From: Opitutaceae bacterium
GTDB lineage: Bacteria > Verrucomicrobiota > Verrucomicrobiia > Opitutales > Coraliomargaritaceae
Direction: 5' to 3'
DNA length: 64,000 nucleotides
NCBI GenBank assembly: GCA_051252375.1
Contig: JBPOFY010000004.1
Coordinates: 192,001 to 256,000, forward strand
Made by a program: the position numbers and the translations under genes. Below, one piece after another: positions 36,037 through 45,551 of this stretch; within the stretch, counting starts at the first letter, position 1, and every line of letters starts with the position of its first letter. The notes under the pieces were generated by a model. The model had not been told where the DNA came from. It made no database searches and was given only the letters and a program-made list of their open reading frames with translations.

Positions 36037-36516
36037 ATGAAAACAACAACATACATCGCCCTCATCATCACCCTCCTCGCTTCAGCTCTTACCGCTAGCG
36101 CAGCACCCAAGTCTTCCGCCTCATTTCAAAAAGCACTCAGCGATGCTGAAATGATTGCATCTCTCAGCCCAGAGTGGAGCGTTCAACGCACATCCGGTGC
36201 ATCCATGGGAGAGTTCTTCGGAGACAACTCACTGATCTTGGTTCAAAAAGCCACACTTCAAGAAGTTCGTGTTGGCATGATGGTTGTATATCGCTCATCT
36301 GCTGGCGAATTAATCTCCCACAAAGTTGTCTCACACAATGGCGACTCGATTCGCACAATTGGAGTTTCTAACTGGAACATCGATCCTGAGCCTGTAACCA
36401 GCGACATGATCGTAGGCACCGTGTTCGGCGTCTTCCACAGTGCAGGCGCACCTGCTGGTGCGGTTTACGCCTCAAACGGACAACCTTTACCTACAGCACT
36501 TTGCAAAACATTTTAA
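36037..36516 (+). CDS. Secreted protein with divergent S26-like peptidase domain
   Basis: Signal peptide ending ASA; GASMG, ISHKV, TIGVSN...DPEPV...IVG, collinear with the paralogue at 35306. Confidence 0.7.
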   Translation: MKTTTYIALIITLLASALTASAAPKSSASFQKALSDAEMIASLSPEWSVQRTSGASMGEFFGDNSLILVQKATLQEVRVGMMVVYRSSAGELISHKVVSHNGDSIRTIGVSNWNIDPEPVTSDMIVGTVFGVFHSAGAPAGAVYASNGQPLPTALCKTF

Positions 36517-36570
36517 TCAACCCCTTTCGGATGGACTCTTCGTTGTTGTTTTCGTCTGTCCGACAAAAAG

Positions 36571-36608
36571 AACCTCTTCCGTATAAGTACGGGAGAGGTT
36601 TTTATTTT
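36571..36608 (+). terminator. Intrinsic terminator after the second S26-like gene
   Basis: AACCTCTTCCGTA-TAAG-TACGGGAGAGGTT followed by TTTATTTT. Confidence 0.7.
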
Positions 36609-36688
36609 TAAAGTTCCATAACGTCATTACCATGCTACTATCTCCTCCACAATCTCGCTCAACCAAAGAGCCCCAATTTGATGTAAAC

Positions 36689-37354
36689 ATGAAAAAAGTC
36701 GTCGTCATCGAAGACCAAACGATCCTACGCGATCTCATTTGCCAGCTTGTAGAAGGCTACACTGGAATGGAAGTCATCGCCGAATCAGGAGATGGCGCAG
36801 AAGGCTATGAGCTATGCCTCAAGCATTTGCCCGACCTCGTGATCCTAGATATCATGTTGCCGAATTTAAATGGCAGCGAGGTGCTTCGCCGTTTGAAAGC
36901 GAAAAATCCGAAAATTAATATCCTGATTTTTTCTGCAGCTTCATCCAACAGCATGGTCAATCGGCTACTTAAATCCGGCGTCACTGGCTATATCGAGAAA
37001 GATGCCGGACTCGATGAACTGGAAAAGGCCATCTCTCTGGTAGCCGACGGTCGCTCCTATTTCAGCCCACGTGTCGTAGATGCCATGCGCGAGCTTATGG
37101 TCAGTGGCGGGCAAGACGACTCGCTCGAATCACTCACAACTAGAGAAAGAGAAATCATCCAGCTCATTGCAGAAAGTTACAGCAATAAGGAAATCGCCGC
37201 CAAATTAGGCATGAGTGTGCGTACCGCTGACACGCATCGCACCAATATCATGAAAAAGTTGGACTTACACGACGTTGCTGCCCTCACCCGCTGGGCCATC
37301 GCCAACAAGCTGGTTGACCCAGTAGGTGGCGACATGAGCACTGAAATGCCATAG
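36689..37354 (+). CDS. NarL/FixJ family response regulator
   Basis: VVIEDQ...ILDIMLP receiver; LTTREREIIQLIAE...NKEIA...THRTNIMKKL LuxR HTH. Confidence 0.93.
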   Translation: MKKVVVIEDQTILRDLICQLVEGYTGMEVIAESGDGAEGYELCLKHLPDLVILDIMLPNLNGSEVLRRLKAKNPKINILIFSAASSNSMVNRLLKSGVTGYIEKDAGLDELEKAISLVADGRSYFSPRVVDAMRELMVSGGQDDSLESLTTREREIIQLIAESYSNKEIAAKLGMSVRTADTHRTNIMKKLDLHDVAALTRWAIANKLVDPVGGDMSTEMP

Positions 37355-37452
37355 TACTGACTCCGCGGGGTCGAAATTTATTAGGAAGTATGCTGACGGT
37401 CATTGTCCGTCAGCATTGACTTCGTCGCTCTCACCCATTGCATACCAATCCT

Positions 37453-38553
37453 ATGGGTAATTCTTTTGGCACACTGTTTCGTATCTCCACATGGGGAGAA
37501 AGTCATGGAGGCGGCATTGGCGTCGTTATTGATGGCTGCCCTCCTCGGCTACCCCTATCCGAAGAAGACATCCAGTTCGAACTGGACCGTCGCCGCCCTG
37601 GGCAAAGCGATATCACCACTCCTAGAAAAGAGAGCGACACAGCTAAGATCGTCTCTGGCGTCTTTGAAGGTCTGACACTCGGCACTCCTATTGCGATCTA
37701 CGTACCGAACGGTGATCAGCGACCATCGGCTTATAGCGAGATGAAGGATAAGTTCCGACCTTCACATGCCGACTTTACCTACCAAACAAAATTTGGCATT
37801 CGCAACCATGAGGGCGGGGGCCGCTCTTCCGCACGCGAAACGATCGGTCGAGTAGCAGCTGGAGCGATTGCCAAAAAGATCCTTCACCTAGCTGCCAATG
37901 TCGAAACCCGCGCCTATATTACGCGCGTCCACGACATTGAAATGCCCGACAACGAGGATTTCCCAACACTGGAAGCTGTAGAAGCAAGCCCAGTGCGTTG
38001 CCCACACCCGGAAACCGCTGAGAAGATGGTCGAGCGGATAAGAGCCATGCGCAGCGAAGGCAACTCCGTCGGCGGCGTCATCGAATGCCGCATCCGAAAC
38101 TTACCAGTCGGGCTCGGAGTGCCCGTATTTGACCGCTTAGAAGCAGATTTAGCTAAGGCCATGCTTTCTATCCCTGCGACAAAAGGATTTGAGATCGGCA
38201 GTGGATTCGAAGGCTCGAAATTAACCGGCTCTGAGCACAATGATACTTTCGTCAATAAGGACGGGAGAATCGGAACCAGCAGCAATCGCTCAGGTGGCGT
38301 TCAAGGAGGCATTAGCAATGGCGAAGAAATAGTCTTTCGCGTAGCATTCAAACCAACTGCAACCATCATTCAAAACCAGCACACTGTCGATAAAGACGGC
38401 AATGAGACTGAGCTAATGGGTCGTGGACGCCACGATCCATGCGTAGTGCCAAGAGCTGTGCCGATCGTGGAGTCAATGGCATCCCTGGTTCTCATCGACC
38501 ATTGGATGCGCCATCAAGCACAATGCAACAGCTTCGACTTCGATTCTAAATAA
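37453..38553 (+). CDS. aroC: Chorismate synthase
   Basis: TWGESHG, RPSHAD, RSSARET, GGISNG, GRHDPC. Confidence 0.97.
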   Translation: MGNSFGTLFRISTWGESHGGGIGVVIDGCPPRLPLSEEDIQFELDRRRPGQSDITTPRKESDTAKIVSGVFEGLTLGTPIAIYVPNGDQRPSAYSEMKDKFRPSHADFTYQTKFGIRNHEGGGRSSARETIGRVAAGAIAKKILHLAANVETRAYITRVHDIEMPDNEDFPTLEAVEASPVRCPHPETAEKMVERIRAMRSEGNSVGGVIECRIRNLPVGLGVPVFDRLEADLAKAMLSIPATKGFEIGSGFEGSKLTGSEHNDTFVNKDGRIGTSSNRSGGVQGGISNGEEIVFRVAFKPTATIIQNQHTVDKDGNETELMGRGRHDPCVVPRAVPIVESMASLVLIDHWMRHQAQCNSFDFDSK

Positions 38554-38577
38554 TGGTGCTTCACCGCGCAACAGCCC

Positions 38578-39309
38578 ATGAATGAGTCACCACTAGTCTA
38601 TGTCATTTATGGCACCCCCGGCTCTGGTCGAAGAGAAGTCATCTTCGACCTCATCGACGGAGGCATTGATCCAAAATTAAATGTGCTGTTCTTTCGCCCT
38701 GAAGGCGAGACGCAGACACCTTTTGATGAACAAATTGATGCCCTAGAGAATACGACGACCATCGAATGGTCTTTGGACAACGCAAAGATTAAGCACGGAC
38801 AAATTTCAGCTGCACCAGATTATATAATTTTCCTCGCCGCAGGAGAGTCCGACCCTTCCGATATCGCAGAAGCGCTTAAATCCTGGATCGATCATAATAA
38901 TTGCCAAATTGGACGCCTGATCACCGTGGTCAACTGCACTTTCCTACAACATACGCCAGCAGCGCAAAGCTGGTATGATGCCTGCATCCATTTTTCTGAT
39001 GCTGTCCTCCTCAATCGCCGCGATGGAGCCGACAACAAATGGATCAAAGATTTTCAGCAAGGCTATCAAAAACGATGCTCTCCAGCACGCTTCATCCTTG
39101 TAAAGAAAGGAAAAGTTGCGAATCCCGCGGAGGTGCTCGACCCCGAAGCCAGACGTCTTTCATTCTTTTTCGATGAATTACTACCAATCGAAGAAGATGG
39201 ACTCGATGAGGAAGAACAACCGGATGACATCAAACCCGATAAGTATATAGAGCGTCTGGAAAGTGGGCACAGAGCCCACCCTGTCCCTGATATACGCAAA
39301 CTACTTTAA
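38578..39309 (+). CDS. Hypothetical protein, degenerate CobW/COG0523-like P-loop fold
   Basis: VYVIYGTPGSGR, LITVVNC, IHFSDAVLLNR resemble G3E GTPase motifs. Confidence 0.5.
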   Translation: MNESPLVYVIYGTPGSGRREVIFDLIDGGIDPKLNVLFFRPEGETQTPFDEQIDALENTTTIEWSLDNAKIKHGQISAAPDYIIFLAAGESDPSDIAEALKSWIDHNNCQIGRLITVVNCTFLQHTPAAQSWYDACIHFSDAVLLNRRDGADNKWIKDFQQGYQKRCSPARFILVKKGKVANPAEVLDPEARRLSFFFDELLPIEEDGLDEEEQPDDIKPDKYIERLESGHRAHPVPDIRKLL

Positions 39310-39311
39310 AC

Positions 39312-39343
39312 AAAAAGGCCCCGTTCATCTGAACGGGGCCTTT
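39312..39343. terminator. Bidirectional intrinsic terminator
   Basis: AAAAAGGCCCCGTTCA-TC-TGAACGGGGCCTTT between convergent genes. Confidence 0.85.
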
Positions 39344-39363
39344 GTAGTTAAAATGAGATGCGG

Positions 39364-41658
39364 TTAACTCCGGGTTTCAATCGTCGGCTCAACTGAGCCA
39401 GCAAGTTCTTCCTCTATATCCTCTTCATTATGGATGTAGTAATCCTGATAGGCTTTGTCTGAATAGTGCGAGTAGTAATAGCTCGATAAGCTACTAGTAA
39501 TGTTATTCAAAATCGCACCGAAGACAGGAGTATTTGACTCCCAAAGACGACGTACATTCACAACTGCTGTCTTACGTTTCACAGTATTGAACTTGATCAC
39601 GTAAAGCACACCGTCCGCAAGTGGAAGTAAGTTGAGAGCATCACTAACCGCAGCCAAAGGAGGCGAATCGACCACAATGCGATCATAGCGATCGCGAAGA
39701 TCGGCAAACATTGCCTCAAACTTTGCACTATTTAGAATCTGAGTTGGATTCTTCGACTTACCACCGGTTGGCAATACGTCCAAATTTGGATAAACCTCCT
39801 TGATAATCACTTCGTCCAAAGCGACATCTTTATCAATATGGTCCAACACACCAAAATCATTCTCGAGTTGCAATGATCGCGCGACATTCGGGAGACGTAA
39901 ATCCGCATCCAGTAGAAGTGTCTTCTCGCCATGATTCGCAAACGTAAGCGCTAAATTCGAGCTCACGAACGACTTACCTTCACCGGGGACAGTACTGGTT
40001 GTAACAATCACCTTAGCGTTTTTACTTTCGTCATTCAACTTCAATGCCGAGTGTATGGAACGGAACGTCTCCGTAACATGTCGATCCACATTAGAAGCAA
40101 CCGCCTGCGCTTTTGTGTTGGTATCCAACTTCTTAATGCGGGGAATGATCCCAAGCATAGGAAGACCAATTGTCCCTTCGATGTCGAAAGCACTCTTCAC
40201 ACGGTCATCCAAGAACGCTACGATGAAGACCAGCCCCATGCCCACCGTAACACCACCAAAAAGACCCGCAGCAAGATTCATCACAACGTTCGGCGAAGAA
40301 TGAGTTAAAGGAGGGAGCGCTTGATCGACAATACGAGCATTCGCATTCTTCAAGTTCACTTGCGCCTGCTCTTGCGTCATGCGAGAAGTCAGCGCCATAA
40401 AGAAACTATCCTGCACCTCCAAATCACGCTCAAGCGAGCTATACTCTACCCGTAAACGACTCAATTCAATAAGCTCCTGCTCCTTTTCCGCCAGACGCTT
40501 ACTAGAAACTTCATAATTGGTCTTAGTCTCTGCAAATGCAGCGCTAATTTTATCCACAGAATTTTGAACAGCGCTCTGTAACTCGACCTCAGACTCCTGC
40601 AATGTCTGCAATAGCTCAATCATCACAGGATGTTTTTCACGGTAGCGCTTACTCAGCGAAGAAATGCTAATCTTTGCACTACTGATATTTTGAAGCAAAT
40701 ACGAGACACGTGTTTGCTCTGCAATAAATGAGAGTTCCCATAAGTTATTACCCTCACGACGATACGATTCGATCAAATTCCATTTAGTTTCAATAGAGTC
40801 ATATTCATTCTTAGCTGAAAGCTTCATTTGGTTGAGACTAGACAGCTGCGTGCGAGCGATGTTTTCCTGACTATCAAGCGACACGGCGTTGTTTTGTTCG
40901 CGATAATCTGCCAGTTTCAGCTCCAACTCTTCTACTCGGTCTTTTTGTTGATCGGCACGAATACGTAAATCTTCCACTGCCTTCATCGAACCATCAATGT
41001 TAAGCTTCAAATTGTAATCAATAAATTCCTTCGCAAAAAGATTTGCAACATCGGCAGCTATAATTGGATCGGGGTGCGAGTATGCAACATTCACCATCAA
41101 ACTCATCCGCCGAGGAATAATCTTACGATTTTTCCCTAAAACTTCCAATGGAGACAATGGACCACTCAAACTCAAGGCGCCGGCGTATGGAGCCATAAAA
41201 CGCTCGCGCACATCATCTTGAAGCCTTTGCTCAACACCTTGAAGAATAGTAGCACTTTCAAAAAGACTAAGTTGAGTATTTAAATCTTCAGCTCCACGGA
41301 TTTGGTTCATTTCCATTTCGGGACCCATATTCCCCATAGCCGAGGGATCATCACGAAGTATCTGCACCTGAGCCACAGCAGTATATACCTTCGTCTTATT
41401 AAAAGTATAGAGAATCGAGCCTGAAAAGATGATAAAGAACGCAACGATCAAATACCAAATACGTTCACGGAACATTAGGAAGTAGTCTTTGAACGAGCGC
41501 TGAGGCGCACCTCCGCCACCTTCGTTCCCGCCACCACCATAACCACCATAGCCATAGCCGCCCCCATAACTATAACCAGCACCATAACCGTAGCCATACC
41601 CTCCACCATAGCCACCGGAATTAGGATCAGGAGCGCCTCTTACGTAATCGTTTTTCAT
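39364..41658 (-). CDS. wzc: Polysaccharide co-polymerase / BY-kinase (Wzc-like)
   Basis: Two TM segments around a coiled-coil periplasmic region; PGEGKS, DADLR, VVDSPP motifs; C-terminal Tyr cluster. Confidence 0.9.
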   Translation of the reverse strand: MKNDYVRGAPDPNSGGYGGGYGYGYGAGYSYGGGYGYGGYGGGGNEGGGGAPQRSFKDYFLMFRERIWYLIVAFFIIFSGSILYTFNKTKVYTAVAQVQILRDDPSAMGNMGPEMEMNQIRGAEDLNTQLSLFESATILQGVEQRLQDDVRERFMAPYAGALSLSGPLSPLEVLGKNRKIIPRRMSLMVNVAYSHPDPIIAADVANLFAKEFIDYNLKLNIDGSMKAVEDLRIRADQQKDRVEELELKLADYREQNNAVSLDSQENIARTQLSSLNQMKLSAKNEYDSIETKWNLIESYRREGNNLWELSFIAEQTRVSYLLQNISSAKISISSLSKRYREKHPVMIELLQTLQESEVELQSAVQNSVDKISAAFAETKTNYEVSSKRLAEKEQELIELSRLRVEYSSLERDLEVQDSFFMALTSRMTQEQAQVNLKNANARIVDQALPPLTHSSPNVVMNLAAGLFGGVTVGMGLVFIVAFLDDRVKSAFDIEGTIGLPMLGIIPRIKKLDTNTKAQAVASNVDRHVTETFRSIHSALKLNDESKNAKVIVTTSTVPGEGKSFVSSNLALTFANHGEKTLLLDADLRLPNVARSLQLENDFGVLDHIDKDVALDEVIIKEVYPNLDVLPTGGKSKNPTQILNSAKFEAMFADLRDRYDRIVVDSPPLAAVSDALNLLPLADGVLYVIKFNTVKRKTAVVNVRRLWESNTPVFGAILNNITSSLSSYYYSHYSDKAYQDYYIHNEEDIEEELAGSVEPTIETRS

Positions 41659-41672
41659 AGAAAATAATGTTA

Positions 41673-42338
41673 TTAAATAATACGTTCAGGAACCCAGATC
41701 GTATCACCTTCTTGCAAGATAATGTCTTTGACGTTGGGATCCGTCAAAATCCGACTAAAGTTAATTTCCATCTGACGCGCTCGACCAGATTCATCCACAC
41801 GTTTGATCGTAATCGATTTAGGATTACCTAATCGACTGACTCCGTTCACACCAGCAATCGCCTCAGTCAGAGTTAGGTCACGATCCGGTGGAATTTCCAC
41901 GACTCCAGGATTATTTACTGATCCTAAGATACGCACTACTTTCGAAGAAAAGGAAACAACAATAACGGAAACCTGAGGGTCGACTAAGTAGTCACGATTA
42001 TACAGATCAGTTATTAGAGATTGAGCCTCGGCCACAGTCATCCCTGCAATCTTGACCTTACCAATTAGTGCCAGTGAAACAGAACCCTCTCCCTCGACAC
42101 GGACACTTTTATTTAAGTCCGACTCTTTATATACTTCTATACTAATTACATCCGACGGTTTGAGGACATAGTTTTCCCCCACAACCATACCAACGCCACT
42201 GGAAGAGGAGCCATTCCCTGTCGACGCAGATCCGGAATAGGAATCACCAAAGGAACCGCCGCCAGCTTCTTGAGCAGATAAAGATGCACCTAATAAAAGA
42301 AAGCTACAGGCTAAAAAAAGAGTGGAAATGTATTTCAT
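41673..42338 (-). CDS. Short OPX polysaccharide export protein (Poly_export + SLBB)
   Basis: YVLKPSDVISI, IGKVKIAGMT, YLVDPQV, GSVNNPG, LQEGDTIWVPE; no C-terminal helical barrel. Confidence 0.88.
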   Translation of the reverse strand: MKYISTLFLACSFLLLGASLSAQEAGGGSFGDSYSGSASTGNGSSSSGVGMVVGENYVLKPSDVISIEVYKESDLNKSVRVEGEGSVSLALIGKVKIAGMTVAEAQSLITDLYNRDYLVDPQVSVIVVSFSSKVVRILGSVNNPGVVEIPPDRDLTLTEAIAGVNGVSRLGNPKSITIKRVDESGRARQMEINFSRILTDPNVKDIILQEGDTIWVPERII

Positions 42339-42345
42339 AAATTAA

Positions 42346-42371
42346 AAAATGCCTCGGTGAAGAGGCATTTT
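42346..42371 (-). terminator. Terminator-like hairpin between the barrel and OPX genes
   Basis: AAAATGCCTC-GGTGAA-GAGGCATTTT, ending in a U run on the minus strand. Confidence 0.55.
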
Positions 42372-42400
42372 GACCGCAAAAACGGGGAAAGGTTCAATTA

Positions 42401-43645
42401 TTAATACCGCAAGGATGCTGAAACATCCAAGCTATGGTTCTGGTAACTTCTGTTAGCAGTTGCAGAATCATTTTCAGTATAGTTATAACCAGCGCCAAAA
42501 CGCCAGTGCTGATTCGGCACATAGGAAAGACGAGTACCTAAAGCATACTGATTATCTCCGTTACCACCATCATAATCTCGGCGCGTATACTCAGCATTTG
42601 CATGAGCAGACCACCTCGAGCTAATCGAATAACTAACACTTGTATTTACGCTGGAAATCTCGGTAGTAACGCCTTCACTACCAACGCCAAAGTCACGTGA
42701 AAAGTCCAAGCGAGCAGTCAACTTCGGACTCACCGCCCAAGTAAAATCAGCATCCAAACCAAGCATTCCATTGTCACCACGATTTGTCGAAGGGAGCGGT
42801 GAAAAAGAGGAGCCAAAAAAACGTATTTCACGCATGGAATCATCTGCATCCCTGACACGATAACCGATCTTAAAGAAACCAGTCAATTTGGGAAGCAAAT
42901 TACCTCGAGCGCCAATGTTAAAGAAGTGACTCGCTGTCTTATATTCACTCGTGTAAGTCGAAAAACCTCCACCCGTCACACGATCCGTCTCACCGATGTC
43001 AGATTTTGAATATGTATAACCAAGGCTCAAATCTACCTTAGGTGTCAACTCATAGAATACATCAAACGGCAGTGCAGTTGTGTTACGATCTGCAAATCTA
43101 TCAGTATAGGTGACGTATTCTTGCTCGGTATATCGAACTCCAGCGCCAAAACTGAATTTGGGCGAAACACGGTATTCCGCATTCAATTTTGCTCCAACAG
43201 TTTCAAACTCAATTAAATCCTTAAGAGTATTCACATCGCCTGTAGATGTTTTGCTTTCATCATAACTCAGAGACCCGCTTAAATCCAGTCGGCTGGTTGA
43301 ATATGAGCCCACTGCCTTAATATGAAGCAATTCAGCATCAAGATCATCAAAATCTTGATAGCGAACAATGTCGTAACGAGTAATAATGCTTAAGTCAGCA
43401 TCGGACAAGCCTCGACCGACATTGATCTCGAAACCGGGTGAAATCGTCCAAATGATATCATCCACTTCTTGAATCTCATCGCGAAAGACATTCGACGTCC
43501 AGCGCATACTGGATGAACCACTGAAGAAAACATCCACATTGTCGCCCACTGAAACAAGTGGAGCTGCAGATGTGAATGACGGAGAGAGAAGAGACAATAG
43601 CAGCGCTGTGCTAGTCGCTAGGGAGGTATTTTTTACTATATTCAT
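42401..43645 (-). CDS. Outer-membrane beta-barrel porin associated with polysaccharide export
   Basis: Signal peptide, amphipathic aromatic-rich strands, C-terminal ...SASLRY; upstream of OPX and Wzc. Confidence 0.8.
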   Translation of the reverse strand: MNIVKNTSLATSTALLLSLLSPSFTSAAPLVSVGDNVDVFFSGSSSMRWTSNVFRDEIQEVDDIIWTISPGFEINVGRGLSDADLSIITRYDIVRYQDFDDLDAELLHIKAVGSYSTSRLDLSGSLSYDESKTSTGDVNTLKDLIEFETVGAKLNAEYRVSPKFSFGAGVRYTEQEYVTYTDRFADRNTTALPFDVFYELTPKVDLSLGYTYSKSDIGETDRVTGGGFSTYTSEYKTASHFFNIGARGNLLPKLTGFFKIGYRVRDADDSMREIRFFGSSFSPLPSTNRGDNGMLGLDADFTWAVSPKLTARLDFSRDFGVGSEGVTTEISSVNTSVSYSISSRWSAHANAEYTRRDYDGGNGDNQYALGTRLSYVPNQHWRFGAGYNYTENDSATANRSYQNHSLDVSASLRY

Positions 43646-43860
43646 TTAGTCGAGATAGACATCTAAATTGTTGGGAGATATAAATAAGGGAAAGACTCTA
43701 AGTAATTCAATGTTTAAATATGATCAATTAAGTTATATGCATAACTAGATACTGCAATAGTAAATCAACTACAATCCATGGTGGATTTGAGCTTGGCTCA
43801 TATGGAACTTTCCCTCACCTATTGTAACAAAAGCAACCATCTCGATATACACCACCCATA

Positions 43861-45525
43861 ATGAAATCAGCACGCCGGACCCAGAACCCCATTCTTAGAG
43901 AAAAGCCGATCCTGCTTGGATACGCCCTACAAAGAAAGGGAGCCGATGGACGACTCGAAATTGTGATCCGCTGGGGCAGACTAATCGCTTCACTATTCGC
44001 ACTATTTGTAGCCGCATGGCTCCTGACTGCTGGCACACTCTACTTCTACTTCAAGTATAAGAAAGAGTTTGATGAAGTTTCCTTTACTAAAATAATAGCG
44101 CTCCCATTCAGAATGGATGCTCATCGCCAAGAAATGGGCGATTACCACATCAAAAAAGGTCTCGAGGAAGTAAAACAGTCAAATTTTCGGGATGCGTTAC
44201 GATTATTAAGACTAGGCGTGACCCGCTCTCCAGGAAACTTGGAGGGACGACGCGTGCTCGCAGAATTCTATGAGTTTGCACTCAAGCGCCCAGATATCGC
44301 CGCGGATCTAATGAAAAAGGGACTCGATCGAGGCGGCATTGAGGACCTCGACTACCTCAAACAAACACTTCGGGTGCTATTACGCCACCAAATGGACACC
44401 GACGTCCAACAAATCGCCGACAAATACCTCCCAGAGGAGCCTGATCTCACGGACGGCAATCGAACCATTGCCTTTGGAGCGGCCAACGCGAACTACCTAA
44501 GAGGAAATTACGACCGAGCAGATGACTATCTACTCAACTATAAACTTATAGATTCCCTCGAAGGCATACTACTTTCCGCACAAATCAGCTGGGACCGCGG
44601 CAATCAAGTCTCCGCAATTTCTAAAATGGAGCAATCTTTGCGTAAATTCCCCAACTCCGAGGCCCTCCTTATGCAATTAAGCCGCTATCACCGTGAAATG
44701 GGCGATATCGACGAAGCACGCCGCTATGCGATCCTACGCAACGTCACGGATCCACTAAGTGCGGCACCTCGCCTAGAACTACTCTATATCTACAACAAAT
44801 CAGGCGACTTAGAGCGCGAGCAACGCGAAACCTTGCGTATGTTGCAACAATTCCGAGACGATGAGAGCGCACTGCAAAAGCTTGCCAATTTCGCGGCTGA
44901 TACTGGTAATATCGATCTGGCCAGACGTACCTACGAAGAAGCACTTGAAAACGAATTCAGTATTGAAGCCTTTGCTCTACTGCTAATCGAAGCCCACCTA
45001 GTCCATAAGGACTACACTGGCGCTCTAAGCTTTTCGGAAGAGCTGCTAAAAGAACGTCCAGAATGGTTAAGCGCTAGATGGGCCATTTTCAATAGCCTAC
45101 GAGCCGTAGCTTCCTATGGAAGCAATCGCCCAGATCTCGGAGAAATCTATCTTCAAGATTTCATCGATGAAGCCACCAATCAACCACAGACCTTTCTCGC
45201 GGTATCACGTCGTTTCAATAACATTGATCGCCCCCAGCAAGCCCGCAAAATCCTGAGCGTCGCCTATCAACTGACCCCGACGAACCAAATGATACTATCC
45301 GAACTAATCCGAGTAGAACTTGAACTTGGAAACACGGAAAACCTGAACAAATTACTCACCCGATTGCTACAAATGAGACGCCCACAAATGGACCTGCTCA
45401 GCGAAGCCTACACAAAACTGGGCAGCGACCGATTCATCTTCACCCCAGACCGGGAAAGCCTCTTGCTTCAACTAAGCTCGATCCTAAGAGAGAACAGTCA
45501 GAATCTACTAGATCTAGACGCTTAA
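43861..45525 (+). CDS. Membrane-anchored TPR-like helical repeat protein
   Basis: One N-terminal TM helix, then helical repeats such as ALRLLRLGVTRSPGNLEGRRVLAEFY. Confidence 0.65.
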   Translation: MKSARRTQNPILREKPILLGYALQRKGADGRLEIVIRWGRLIASLFALFVAAWLLTAGTLYFYFKYKKEFDEVSFTKIIALPFRMDAHRQEMGDYHIKKGLEEVKQSNFRDALRLLRLGVTRSPGNLEGRRVLAEFYEFALKRPDIAADLMKKGLDRGGIEDLDYLKQTLRVLLRHQMDTDVQQIADKYLPEEPDLTDGNRTIAFGAANANYLRGNYDRADDYLLNYKLIDSLEGILLSAQISWDRGNQVSAISKMEQSLRKFPNSEALLMQLSRYHREMGDIDEARRYAILRNVTDPLSAAPRLELLYIYNKSGDLEREQRETLRMLQQFRDDESALQKLANFAADTGNIDLARRTYEEALENEFSIEAFALLLIEAHLVHKDYTGALSFSEELLKERPEWLSARWAIFNSLRAVASYGSNRPDLGEIYLQDFIDEATNQPQTFLAVSRRFNNIDRPQQARKILSVAYQLTPTNQMILSELIRVELELGNTENLNKLLTRLLQMRRPQMDLLSEAYTKLGSDRFIFTPDRESLLLQLSSILRENSQNLLDLDA

Positions 45526-45551
45526 TTACAAATCTCTGAAGCGAAATTCGC

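Noticed and set aside
37390..37416. Hairpin ATGCTGACGG-N7-CCGTCAGCAT before aroC as an attenuator
   Set aside because: No leader peptide or U-tract; most simply a 3' hairpin of the upstream regulator gene
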